Part shown: piece after piece, positions 47,261 to 56,390 of the stretch
How the letters are laid out: the number at the start of each line of letters is the position of its first letter
How positions within the stretch are numbered: the first letter of the stretch is position 1
Origin: an uncultured delta proteobacterium
GTDB taxonomy: Bacteria; Myxococcota_A; UBA9160; SMWR01
Direction: 5' to 3'
Length of the DNA: 64,000 bases
NCBI GenBank assembly: GCA_963832165.1
Contig: CAWHTE010000005.1
Span: forward strand, 96,001-160,000
Notes under the pieces: generated by a model
Databases searched by the model: none
Told to the model about the DNA's origin: nothing
The model's input: the letters and a program-made list of their open reading frames with translations, nothing else
Position numbers and translations under genes: made by a program

Positions 47261-49922
47261 ACTGCTCGGTCGCCTTCCATGCGACGCGGGGCCGGATCCG
47301 GGGTCTATCGGTCGTCGCCGCGGGCTCGAAGAACCACGAGAGCTGGCGCACGAGCCGGGGCCCATTCTCGCCCGGCAGCCGGCCGAGGAAACGCCGCAGC
47401 GCGGGCGTACCCGGGTTTGCGCGGAACCACTGCGTCGCGAGCGCTCCGCACGTGCTCGCCTCGCACGCCTCCGCCGTGATCTGAGCCCGGAGCGGCTCGG
47501 GAACCATGCCGTCGAAACGCGCGAAATAACGGCGCACGAGCGAGTTCTCCGCGCCCGCACGCGCGGCCGCGCCATAGCCCGTGAACGGCAGCCACCCCGA
47601 ATTTCCGATCAGGAACGCACGGCCGGCCTCGTGCGACAGCCGCGGGTGATAGAGCGAGTGCACGGGCCCCTCGAGCGCAGCGCCGTGCACGACGCCGAGC
47701 GGGAGTGTCTCGTGCGCGAGCAGCTCACCGAGCTCCGACAGCTCGATCCTCGCGAACGCAGCGCGGAAATCCGGCTGCGCAAATCGCGCCTCGACGCGCG
47801 CGAGGTCGAGCGCCGAGGCCCCGTCCCGGAAGCCCAGCAGCAGGATGTCGGCGAAGTTCACCGACCAGACCGCGACGTGATCGAACACGGATGCGTAGGT
47901 CCGCAGCACGAGCTCGATCGCCTCCGGGCTCGTCTCGTAGAGGTGGTACCACTGGCCGTACACGCCTTGCGGAGTGAGCCGGTCGCGCGCCTCGGCGAGG
48001 AACTCGCGCGAGAACAGCATCTCCACTCCCGTGACCCATGGATTGCTGGGCTCCGATACGATCACGTCGAACTGGCGCCGCTGCTTCTGCAGCGCTCGAT
48101 ACGCGTCGCTGCGCACGATCCGGATCTTCGGGTGGGTCGTGACTCCGCCGTTCGTCTCGTCGAAATAGGGGGCCGCGTCGATCACGCCGCGCGAGATCTC
48201 GGCCACGGTCACGCTCTTCGACTCGTCGAGCGCGGCGAGCTCGCCGGCTGACACCCCCATGCCGAAGCCGATCACGAACGCGTTCTCCGCGCGGCCTGCG
48301 AACAGCGCCGGAACCAGCGCCGCCATCGCCATCGTCGAGTAGTCCAGGTCGCTGTTCCCGTCGGATTTCCCGTTCACGAAGATGCTGCGCGAATCCTTAC
48401 CCGCGATCGCAATGTTCAAGACCGCGACCGAGCTGTTGGGATCGTCGTCGTAGGAGAGCGGCTTCTCCCATTCGTGCTGCGGCATCGCCGACGGGCCCGA
48501 GTAGGTCCATGCTTCGGGCTTGCGCTCACGGAACGTCCCCGCAATCAGGTAGGCGACGTCCCAGGCCCGAAACGATCCCACGAACAGCAGCGACACGAGC
48601 AGCAGCGCTCCCGCGCCCAGCAGACCGATCCGCGGCAGCTCCCGCAGCGTCGCGATCGCCGCCGCGAGCGCGAGCGCAGCGACCCCCACGCGATAGACCT
48701 GGTGCAGGTCGAGCCAGTAGAACAGTGCATATCCGCCGATCAGCGCGCCCGCGAGCGATCCGAGCGTGTTGATGCTGTAGAGCCGGCCCGCCTGTCCGCC
48801 GAGGTCGCCCACCTCGCGCCGCAAGGCGTGGAAGAGCAGCGGAAGTACCGCACCCGAGAGCACCACCGCGGGCCCGAGCGCGAGCCAGAGCAGAGCGAAC
48901 GCCGAGGCGTAGTAGACGGGAAAGATGGCGTCCACGTCGCGGAACAGCGAGCGCAGCACGTGCGTCCAGTACGGTCCAGTCTCGAGTGCGAAGTAGAGCG
49001 CGGCAAATGATCCCCAGAGCAGCCACAGGACCGCGATCAGCACCCCGCGCCCGATGCGCGGCAGCGCCGAGACCGCGAAGCTCCCGAGCGCGATGCACGA
49101 CACGAACACCGAGACGACCATCGAGAACGTGTATTCCGAGGATCCGAACGAGAGTCCCGCGACGCGGATCGCGACCGTCTGCAGCACCATCATCGCGAAG
49201 CCCACGAGCAGCGCGACCGCGCCGTAGGTGGCCGCGGCGCCGCGCGGCAGCTGCACAGGCGCACCCGGCTCGAGCACGGCGAGCTCGCGGCGCTTAGCAC
49301 CGAGCAAAGCGAGCGCCGCCCCGGCCGCGAGGTTCACGGCTCCCGCCGCATACAGCATCCCCTCGAGTCCGAGCCAGCGCAGCAGCACGAAGCCGGTCGC
49401 GAGGGCACCTGCAAACGCGCCGGCGGTGTTGGAGGCGTAGACGAGCGCGTGCAGCCGCGTCGCATCGGCGAGGTTTCGCGCGAGCGCCTGAGTCAGGATC
49501 GGAATCGTCGCGCCCATGAGCATCGCGGGCGGCACGATCAGCAACGCCGAGAGCGCGATGTCGACCGCGAATGCGAAGCCGCCGTCTCCGGTCGGGAGCC
49601 ACACGGAGGCGCTGCGCACGACCGGGAACAGCGATGGGAACGCGAGCGCCCACAGCCCGATGCTCGCCTCCACCACACCATAGACTGCGAGCAGCGGCGC
49701 GGGCCTCCCGCTGCGCTCGCCGCGCGCCACGAGCGTTCGCGCGAGCGCGCCGAGCGCCCAGTAGCCGAGCGAGAGGCCGCCCAGGAACAGGCCGAGCACC
49801 GCGGCCGTCGCCTCGCTATGCGCGCCGAGCAGGATCCCGAGGTACTTCTGCCAGGTCACCTCGTAGGCGAGCCCGGTGAAGCCCGTGATGGCGGTGAGCG
49901 CGAGGACGAGCCAGCGCAGCAT
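46992..49922 (-). CDS. Fused MFS-like membrane domain / spermidine-synthase-like SAM enzyme, copy 1
   Basis: GFTGLAYEVTW, MGATIPIL, LVYASNTAGA, LYSINTLGS; catalytic-domain motifs VIGFGMGVS, VAEIS, SDAYRAL, FDVIVSEPSNPW, LFSREF. Confidence 0.88.
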   Translation of the reverse strand: MLRWLVLALTAITGFTGLAYEVTWQKYLGILLGAHSEATAAVLGLFLGGLSLGYWALGALARTLVARGERSGRPAPLLAVYGVVEASIGLWALAFPSLFPVVRSASVWLPTGDGGFAFAVDIALSALLIVPPAMLMGATIPILTQALARNLADATRLHALVYASNTAGAFAGALATGFVLLRWLGLEGMLYAAGAVNLAAGAALALLGAKRRELAVLEPGAPVQLPRGAAATYGAVALLVGFAMMVLQTVAIRVAGLSFGSSEYTFSMVVSVFVSCIALGSFAVSALPRIGRGVLIAVLWLLWGSFAALYFALETGPYWTHVLRSLFRDVDAIFPVYYASAFALLWLALGPAVVLSGAVLPLLFHALRREVGDLGGQAGRLYSINTLGSLAGALIGGYALFYWLDLHQVYRVGVAALALAAAIATLRELPRIGLLGAGALLLVSLLFVGSFRAWDVAYLIAGTFRERKPEAWTYSGPSAMPQHEWEKPLSYDDDPNSSVAVLNIAIAGKDSRSIFVNGKSDGNSDLDYSTMAMAALVPALFAGRAENAFVIGFGMGVSAGELAALDESKSVTVAEISRGVIDAAPYFDETNGGVTTHPKIRIVRSDAYRALQKQRRQFDVIVSEPSNPWVTGVEMLFSREFLAEARDRLTPQGVYGQWYHLYETSPEAIELVLRTYASVFDHVAVWSVNFADILLLGFRDGASALDLARVEARFAQPDFRAAFARIELSELGELLAHETLPLGVVHGAALEGPVHSLYHPRLSHEAGRAFLIGNSGWLPFTGYGAAARAGAENSLVRRYFARFDGMVPEPLRAQITAEACEASTCGALATQWFRANPGTPALRRFLGRLPGENGPRLVRQLSWFFEPAATTDRPRIRPRVAWKATEQFIAYYSHAAPFDANRLLDFWQRCGIAPIGIQRCAAGLRNAQALVAGKRPPAGASWLVDAAADEARRAARGERKRDEPEEAEDDDAAVEP

Positions 49923-49940
49923 CGCGAACCGTGGGTGCGC

Positions 49941-50357
49941 TTAGAACTCGCCGAGCGGTCGCGAGTAGAAATACTCGCCGGGCTCGCGCACGAAACGCTC
50001 GTAGGCGTCGCCCATGCTCTCTTTGCCGTTCGGCGCCGTCATGATCACGGCGGGCACATACAGCAGCGCGCCGGCCACCAATGTGATCGCGGCCATCGGT
50101 CGGATCAGCACCAGATCGATCCCGATGTCCGTGTTGTGGACCACGGGGGTGTACCAGTGCTTCTCGGCCGGTGCCGGGGCTTCCTCGCCCTCGGCCTCTT
50201 CCGCGGTGGTCCCCTCTTCCGCGGTCGTTTCAGCCGCGGTCTCCTCTGCGGGGGTCTCCTCGTCCGCCGCCCATCCCGGAGCGGGCACGAGCAGACCTGC
50301 GACCAGCAGCGCGGCGGCGATCCGGCGCACCGGGCTCGGCGGGGTCGATTGGCGCAT
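49941..50357 (-). CDS. Small exported/membrane protein with acidic linker (DLVLIRP...RPLGEF type)
   Basis: Signal peptide, Glu/Thr/Ala-rich linker, then DLVLIRPMAAITLVAGALLYVP...FVREPGEYFYSRPLGEF. Confidence 0.65.
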   Translation of the reverse strand: MRQSTPPSPVRRIAAALLVAGLLVPAPGWAADEETPAEETAAETTAEEGTTAEEAEGEEAPAPAEKHWYTPVVHNTDIGIDLVLIRPMAAITLVAGALLYVPAVIMTAPNGKESMGDAYERFVREPGEYFYSRPLGEF

Positions 50358-50425
50358 GCGCGGCCAGCTTACCAGAAAGGCGACCGGGTCGAGTGGGAAA
50401 TGCACGGTGATATCCTCGCGAAACC

Positions 50426-52390
50426 GTGTCGGAATTCGCCGTCGTTGCGGTCCTCGGGCTGCTCGCGGGATCGCTCGCAGCGCTCACCGCGCGCCGCCGC
50501 GCATCCGACCGACGGCTCGCCGCGGCGCTCTTCGCGCTCGGCCCCGGGATCGCCGCGTGTGCGCTGATCGCAGCGGCCGCGAGCCATCGCGTACCGCCCT
50601 CGCCGCCCCCGCCGCGCGACCTGCCGCTCGAGGAGCCCGCGCCCGATGACACGAGCTCGGCCGCGTGTCGCTCCTGTCACCCGGAACAGTATTCGAGCTG
50701 GCACGCCTCCTATCACCGCACCATGACGCAGACCGCCTCGGCGCGCGCGGTGATCGGCGATTTCGGCGACGTGCGCGTCGCGTTCGGCGGCGTCGGCTAC
50801 CGCCTGTTCGAGCGGGACGGTCGGTTCTTCGGCGAGATTGCACCAGTGCGCGGGGTCGCGTCGGGTGGCGACGAGGTGGTGGAGCTCCAGCAGACCACGG
50901 GCTCCCATCACATGCAGGTGTACTGGTTCGCGAGCGGAGCCGGGCGCATGCTCGAGGCGTTCCCGCTCGTCTACCTGCGCGACGAGCGCCGCTGGATCCC
51001 GCGCGTTTCGGCCTTCGTCACGCCGCCCGATGCAGACGCGAGCCGCGCCTCGGTCTGGAACTACACGTGCATCGCCTGCCACACCACTCATCCGCGCCCT
51101 CGCCTCTCCGGGTCGCAGATCGCGAGCGCCGATTCGCATGTGACCGAGCTCGGCATCGCGTGCGAATCGTGTCACGGCGCGGGCCGCGAGCATGTCGAGG
51201 CCCATCGCTCGCCGCTCCATCGCTACCGCGCCCATTTCTCAAGCGATCCCGATCCCGCGATCGCCAACCCGAGTCGGCTCTCCCACGTGCGCTCGTCCCA
51301 GGTGTGCGGCCAGTGTCACGCCGTGAAGATCTTCCACTCCGACGAGCAGGCTCGCGAGTGGGCCGAGAACGGTTTGGCCTTCCGCCCCGGCGACGATCTC
51401 GAAGTTGCGGCCAACGTGATCTCCAACGCGACGCTCTCGCGCCCGTTCACGCAGCGCACGATGCGTGCATTCCCGGACCTCGTGCGCGGCGCGTTCTGGG
51501 ACGACGGCATCGTGCGCGTGGTCGGCCGTGAGTACAACGCGCTGCTCGAGTCGCCGTGCTATCAGCGCGGCGAGCTGTCCTGCCTCTCGTGCCACACGCT
51601 GCACAAGCCGGTCGATGACGAACGCGAGCTCTCGCGCTGGGCCGATGATCAGCTCTCTGCGGGAATGGAAACCGATCGCGCGTGCCTCCAGTGTCACGAG
51701 CGCTTCGAGGACGCCGCGACCGCCGCCGCGCACACCCATCACGACCCGGATTCGAGCGGCAGCGAGTGCCAGAACTGCCACATGCCGCACACCGCCTACG
51801 GCCTGCTCAAGGCCGTGCGCGGTCACGAGATCGGCACGAGCCCGCGCGCGGCGACCGCAGGGCCGGGCAGCGAGCGCCCCAATGCCTGCAACCTCTGCCA
51901 CCTCGACCGCCCGCTCGGCTGGGCGGCCGATCACCTCGCGCGCTGGTACGGCCAGGAGCTGCCCGCGCTCGTCGAGGACGACCGGCGGATCGCCGCGGGC
52001 GTGCGCTGGGCGCTCGAGGGGGATGCGGGCGTACGCGCGCTCGTGGCCTGGTCGATGGGGTGGAAGCCAGCCCAGCACACGGCGGGAACGCAATGGCTCG
52101 TCCCCTACCTTGTACAGCTCATGGAGGACCCCTACGACGCCGTGCGGATCATCGCGACGCGATCGCTGCGCACGCTGCCCGGGTACTCGGACACGCGCTT
52201 CGACGAGCTCGCCGATCCGGACGCGCGAGCGCGTGCGACCGCGGCGATCCGCGAGCGTTGGGAGTATCGGCCCCCCTCGGCGGAACATGCGGCGGCGACG
52301 CTATTCGATGAGCGCGGCGAGATCGATCCGGTCGAGCTCGCGCGTCTGCTGCAGCGCCGGGACAACCGGCCGATCAACCTCGCGGAGTAG
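50426..52390 (+). CDS. Membrane-anchored octaheme cytochrome c with C-terminal HEAT-like segment
   Basis: Eight CxxCH motifs: CRSCH, CIACH, CESCH, CGQCH, CLSCH, CLQCH, CQNCH, CNLCH; two N-terminal hydrophobic helices; LMEDPYDAVRIIATRSL. Confidence 0.92.
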   Translation: MSEFAVVAVLGLLAGSLAALTARRRASDRRLAAALFALGPGIAACALIAAAASHRVPPSPPPPRDLPLEEPAPDDTSSAACRSCHPEQYSSWHASYHRTMTQTASARAVIGDFGDVRVAFGGVGYRLFERDGRFFGEIAPVRGVASGGDEVVELQQTTGSHHMQVYWFASGAGRMLEAFPLVYLRDERRWIPRVSAFVTPPDADASRASVWNYTCIACHTTHPRPRLSGSQIASADSHVTELGIACESCHGAGREHVEAHRSPLHRYRAHFSSDPDPAIANPSRLSHVRSSQVCGQCHAVKIFHSDEQAREWAENGLAFRPGDDLEVAANVISNATLSRPFTQRTMRAFPDLVRGAFWDDGIVRVVGREYNALLESPCYQRGELSCLSCHTLHKPVDDERELSRWADDQLSAGMETDRACLQCHERFEDAATAAAHTHHDPDSSGSECQNCHMPHTAYGLLKAVRGHEIGTSPRAATAGPGSERPNACNLCHLDRPLGWAADHLARWYGQELPALVEDDRRIAAGVRWALEGDAGVRALVAWSMGWKPAQHTAGTQWLVPYLVQLMEDPYDAVRIIATRSLRTLPGYSDTRFDELADPDARARATAAIRERWEYRPPSAEHAAATLFDERGEIDPVELARLLQRRDNRPINLAE

Positions 52391-52429
52391 ACTCTGCGCG
52401 AGAATCACCGCGCGGACCCACGGCGCTCG

Positions 52430-52873
52430 ATGGACGAAACCGAACCGATGCACAGCTCTCGACTCGCCGGCTCTCTGGTCCGGTTCGGCCTGTGGTCCCT
52501 GCTCGCCTATCTCACGCTCGGTCTCGCGCTCGAGGCGCTGCACGGCTTCAAGGTGCGCTGGTATCTCGAGTTCGAAACGCGCAGGCTCTTGTGGACCCTC
52601 GCGCATGCGCACGGCGTGCTGCTCTCCGTGCTCGCGATCGGTCTCGGCATGCTGCTGCGCGCCTCGCATCACGGCACCGCGACGTGGCCGCGTGCCGCGG
52701 CTGCATGCCTGATCGCGGCCACGATCCTGTTGCCGGGCGGCTTCCTGCTCGGGGGCATCTACATCTACGGCGGAGATCCCGGTCTCGGCGTCGTGCTCTC
52801 GCCGATCGGCGGAGCGCTGCTCTTTGCGGGCGTGCTGTTGACTGCGCTCCACTACCGACCGGGCGAGGATTGA
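52430..52873 (+). CDS. Small 4-TM membrane protein with membrane His residues
   Basis: Four hydrophobic segments; LEALHGFK, LAHAHGVLL, LLPGGFLLGG. Confidence 0.7.
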   Translation: MDETEPMHSSRLAGSLVRFGLWSLLAYLTLGLALEALHGFKVRWYLEFETRRLLWTLAHAHGVLLSVLAIGLGMLLRASHHGTATWPRAAAACLIAATILLPGGFLLGGIYIYGGDPGLGVVLSPIGGALLFAGVLLTALHYRPGED

Positions 52874-54876
52874 GCGCGGCTCGTCCCTTGGCGCGGAGGC
52901 GATCCCGGCTCGCGCTCGCGGGCGCGCTGGCGTTCGCTGCCGCGTGCGGCGGCGAGCACAGCGCCGAGCCCGCGCCCGGGGCGGGAGCCACGGGCGACAT
53001 CGACGAGCGCCTGGGCCTCTCGCGCGACGCGAAGCTCGAGATCTTCGAGACGATGCGCGCCGAGATGGCGGCGCCGCGCCACCCCTCGGACGGCGGCGGG
53101 CGCGCGTGGATCGATTCGGTGGAGAACGCGTCGGGCGAGCCGATCGCGCTGCGCGCGGGAGATCGCGCGCGGATCCGCCTCACCTACGAGGCAGGCCCAC
53201 AGGGGATCGCGAAGGGCGGCTCGCTGGCATTCCGCGTCTCGCCGTGGTGGGGATGGGATCCGCCGCAGCCGCTCGACCGCGCGGCACCCGGCTTCACCGA
53301 GGTGACCACGCCCGTCGCCAGACTCCGGTTCCTGTTCGGATGGGACGGCCAGGTCCTCTCGGTCGTGTTCCGCGACCGGCGTCTCGCACCCGGGGAGCGG
53401 ATCCAGTTCACCTACGGTGCCGGACCCGCGCTCGCGGCCGTCGATGTCGACGCCGAGCGCGGCGAGCGCCTCTGGTTCGCCGTCGACGGCGACGGCGATG
53501 GCGCGCGCCGCTACCTCGCGCAATCGCCCAGCGTCGACATCGCCGCGGGTCCGCCTGCGCGCCTGCGCGTGGTGCTGCCGACGGTCGCGCGGCCCGGAGA
53601 TCGCGTCGCTGTGCGCGTCTCCGTGCTCGATCGCTTCGGCAACGCGGGAGTGCCGTTCGCGGGCGAGGTGCAGCTCTCGAGCTCGGCGGGTCTCGAGCTG
53701 CCGCGCGTGCTCGGATTCGCCGTGGCCGATCGCGGCCAGAAGCGCGTCGACGCGCTCGCCGCCGGATCGGGCGTATTCCGCACCACCGCAAAGGCATCGT
53801 CTCCTGCGCTCGCCAAGCCGCTCGCCGCACAGAGCAACCCGCTCACCGTGGCCGCGAACGCGCCGCGACTCTACTGGGCCGATCTCCACGGCCACTCCCG
53901 CCTCTCCGACGGAACCGGCACGCCCGAGGACTACTACCGCTATGCGCGCGACATCGCGGGACTCGACGCGGCCGCACTGACCGACCACGACCATTGGGGG
54001 ATCGAGTACCTCGATGAGCAACCCGCGTACTGGGACGAGATCCGCGAGGCGGCGTCGCAATTCGACGAGCCGGGCCGCTTCGTGACCCTGCTCGGCTACG
54101 AGTGGACGAGCCTGCTGCACGGTCATCGCCACGTGCTCTACTTCGGCGACGACGGTTCCGTGCTCTCCGCGTTCGATCCGCGCTACCAGACACCGAACCA
54201 GCTCTGGGACGCGCTGCGCGGGCAGCCCGCGTTGACCTTTGCCCACCACTCCGCGGGCGGGCCGATCTCGACCAACTGGCGCTACCGGCCCGATCCCGAC
54301 CTCGAGCCCGTCACCGAGATCGTCTCGGCGCACGGCAACAGCGAATCCCCCGACGCGCCGCTGCCGATCTACGATCCGGTCCCGGGCAACTTCGTGAGCG
54401 ACGTGCTCGCGGACGGCGTTCGTCTCGGCTTCATCGGGAGCGGCGACAGCCACGACGGTCATCCGGGTGCGAGCCATCTCGATACGCCCCACGGCTTCGG
54501 CCTCGCCGCGATCTGGGCCAGCGAGCTCTCGCGCGAGTCGATCCGGCGTGCGCTCATGGAGCGGCGCGTCTATGCGACCAACGGCGCGCGCATCCTGCTC
54601 GAGGTGGCACTCGACGGCGCGCCCATGGGCAGCGTGATCGACGCCGCCGCCCCCGGCGAGCGCGCGATCCTGCACGTGCGAGTGGTCGCCGAGGCACCGC
54701 TCGAACGCGTCGATCTCGTGCGCCGCGCCGAGACCACGGCGCTGCCGCTCGCGGGCGAGCTCGAGTGGCGGAGCGAGCAGCCGATCGCGCCGCTGCGCGC
54801 AGGGGACCATCTCTACGTGCGCGTGGTCCAGCGCGATGGCGGTGCCGCATGGTCCAGCCCGATCTTCGCGCAATGA
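52870..54876 (+). CDS. Lipoprotein PHP-type metallohydrolase (CehA/McbA / DUF3604-like)
   Basis: Lipobox FAAAC; YWADLHGHSRLSDG, LTDHD, GYEWT, GHRHV, GSGDSHDGHPG, AWSSPIF; TTG start overlaps the upstream stop. Confidence 0.85.
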   Translation: MSAARPLARRRSRLALAGALAFAAACGGEHSAEPAPGAGATGDIDERLGLSRDAKLEIFETMRAEMAAPRHPSDGGGRAWIDSVENASGEPIALRAGDRARIRLTYEAGPQGIAKGGSLAFRVSPWWGWDPPQPLDRAAPGFTEVTTPVARLRFLFGWDGQVLSVVFRDRRLAPGERIQFTYGAGPALAAVDVDAERGERLWFAVDGDGDGARRYLAQSPSVDIAAGPPARLRVVLPTVARPGDRVAVRVSVLDRFGNAGVPFAGEVQLSSSAGLELPRVLGFAVADRGQKRVDALAAGSGVFRTTAKASSPALAKPLAAQSNPLTVAANAPRLYWADLHGHSRLSDGTGTPEDYYRYARDIAGLDAAALTDHDHWGIEYLDEQPAYWDEIREAASQFDEPGRFVTLLGYEWTSLLHGHRHVLYFGDDGSVLSAFDPRYQTPNQLWDALRGQPALTFAHHSAGGPISTNWRYRPDPDLEPVTEIVSAHGNSESPDAPLPIYDPVPGNFVSDVLADGVRLGFIGSGDSHDGHPGASHLDTPHGFGLAAIWASELSRESIRRALMERRVYATNGARILLEVALDGAPMGSVIDAAAPGERAILHVRVVAEAPLERVDLVRRAETTALPLAGELEWRSEQPIAPLRAGDHLYVRVVQRDGGAAWSSPIFAQ

Positions 54877-56390
54877 AGCGGCTCGCCGTACCCGTACTGG
54901 TGTTCGCACTGGGCGCGCTCGCCTATCGCGCGCTCGTACTCGTGGCATTCGCGCGCCCGAGCGCCCAGCAGATCGAGAGCTGGCTGTTCCGCCCCACGCA
55001 GCTCCCCGCTGCGCTCGTGTTGGTCATCGCTGGCTGGCTGCTCTGGCGAAGGCGCGAGCAGCTGCGCGCACTGCCGAGTGCGCCACATGCGGTGCAGAGC
55101 GCGGTTCTCGCGATCGCGAGCACCGGGCTCTACGCGTGGGCGCTGCTCACCCGCACGCCCGACCTCCTGCTCGCGTCGCTCGCTGCGCACGTCCTGGCGC
55201 TCGCGAGCATCGCGGGCGGGCCGCGCGGCGTGCGGACGTGTCTGCTTCCGGCCGCCGTGCTGCTGATCGGCGTGCGCATTCCGGGACCGCTGCGACACGA
55301 GGTCGTGTGGGCGCTGCAGCGCTCGGCCGCCTGGGCGTCCCACGGGCTCCTCGATCTGATCGGCAGCGATTTCATCCGCGAGGGGATCGTGCTGCGCGAC
55401 GCCGAGCACGTGGTCCACGTGATCGACGGCTGCAGCGGACTCCAGGGCATCCTCACGCTCACGCTGATCGCGATCCTGGTCGGAGAGCTCGTCCAGCTCC
55501 CGAGTCGGCGTCGATGGCTGCTCGCGGCGAGCGCGCCCGCGATCGGCTTCGCGCTCAATGCCGTGCGCGTCGCCTACATCGCGCTCTACCCGGGCGCGGA
55601 GGCCGCCCTCCAGGGCGGCCATACACTCCAGGGTGTTGCAGTGCTGGCGGCCGGCACCGCGATCCTCTACGCGGTCGGTCACCTCGCCGCGAGTCCGGAC
55701 AGCGATCGCGACATTGCTCCCCCCGCGCCGGCCGAGCGCCCGACGGGCTCACAGCTCGCCGGGGTGGCGCTGATCGGCCTCGCGGCAGCGCTCTCGCTCG
55801 TGCTCTCTCCGTTTCCTCCTCGCAGCGGGGTGTTCGAGCCTGCCGAGATCGAGTTCCCCGAGATCCGCGCGGATTGGAGCAGCCGGCCGCTCGTCGCCGA
55901 GCCCTACTTCATCGGGCCCCCGGCTCCCGGCGAGCGGCTGACCCGCCGCTACGAACGCGCATCGCCGACGCCTCCGCCGCAGCTCATCGATCTCCTGATC
56001 GCGATGGATCCCGAGCGCCCTCCCGACGACGTGGGCCACCTCTTCTCCTCGCAGCTCGCGTGGCCGGGCCCCGATTGGGAGGTGCTCCACCGCAGCCGCG
56101 CCCGGATCTGGGACCTCGACCTCGACGCGGAGTACTCGGTCGCGTGGCGCGGAAGCGGTGCCGAGCGCGCCATCACCTACACCTGGCGCGTGCGCGAGGG
56201 CGGATTCTGGCGCGAGTGCTGGCGATCGCTGCTGGCGCTCGAAGCGAGCCCGTTCCGGCGCGAGCGCAAACGCGCTGTGGTTCAGCTCGTCGCCTACTCG
56301 GTCACCGATCGTCCGGCCGAGGTAGACCGCGCGAAGCAACGGCTCGACCGCTTCATCACGTTCTTTCGCGACGACCTGAGCGCGCTCTGA
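54873..56390 (+). CDS. Exosortase (EpsH-like) fused to EpsI-like domain, copy 2
   Basis: VIDGCSGLQG, LNAVRV, GGHTLQG; shares GHLF-x-S-x-LAWPG, RAVVQL and FRD-x-L-x-AL end with copy 1; ATGA overlap with the upstream gene. Confidence 0.87.
   Translation: MKRLAVPVLVFALGALAYRALVLVAFARPSAQQIESWLFRPTQLPAALVLVIAGWLLWRRREQLRALPSAPHAVQSAVLAIASTGLYAWALLTRTPDLLLASLAAHVLALASIAGGPRGVRTCLLPAAVLLIGVRIPGPLRHEVVWALQRSAAWASHGLLDLIGSDFIREGIVLRDAEHVVHVIDGCSGLQGILTLTLIAILVGELVQLPSRRRWLLAASAPAIGFALNAVRVAYIALYPGAEAALQGGHTLQGVAVLAAGTAILYAVGHLAASPDSDRDIAPPAPAERPTGSQLAGVALIGLAAALSLVLSPFPPRSGVFEPAEIEFPEIRADWSSRPLVAEPYFIGPPAPGERLTRRYERASPTPPPQLIDLLIAMDPERPPDDVGHLFSSQLAWPGPDWEVLHRSRARIWDLDLDAEYSVAWRGSGAERAITYTWRVREGGFWRECWRSLLALEASPFRRERKRAVVQLVAYSVTDRPAEVDRAKQRLDRFITFFRDDLSAL

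Noticed and set aside
50170..50270. Short repeated EET(T/P)AE units as a DNA repeat element
   Set aside because: Simply a low-complexity acidic linker inside a small exported protein.
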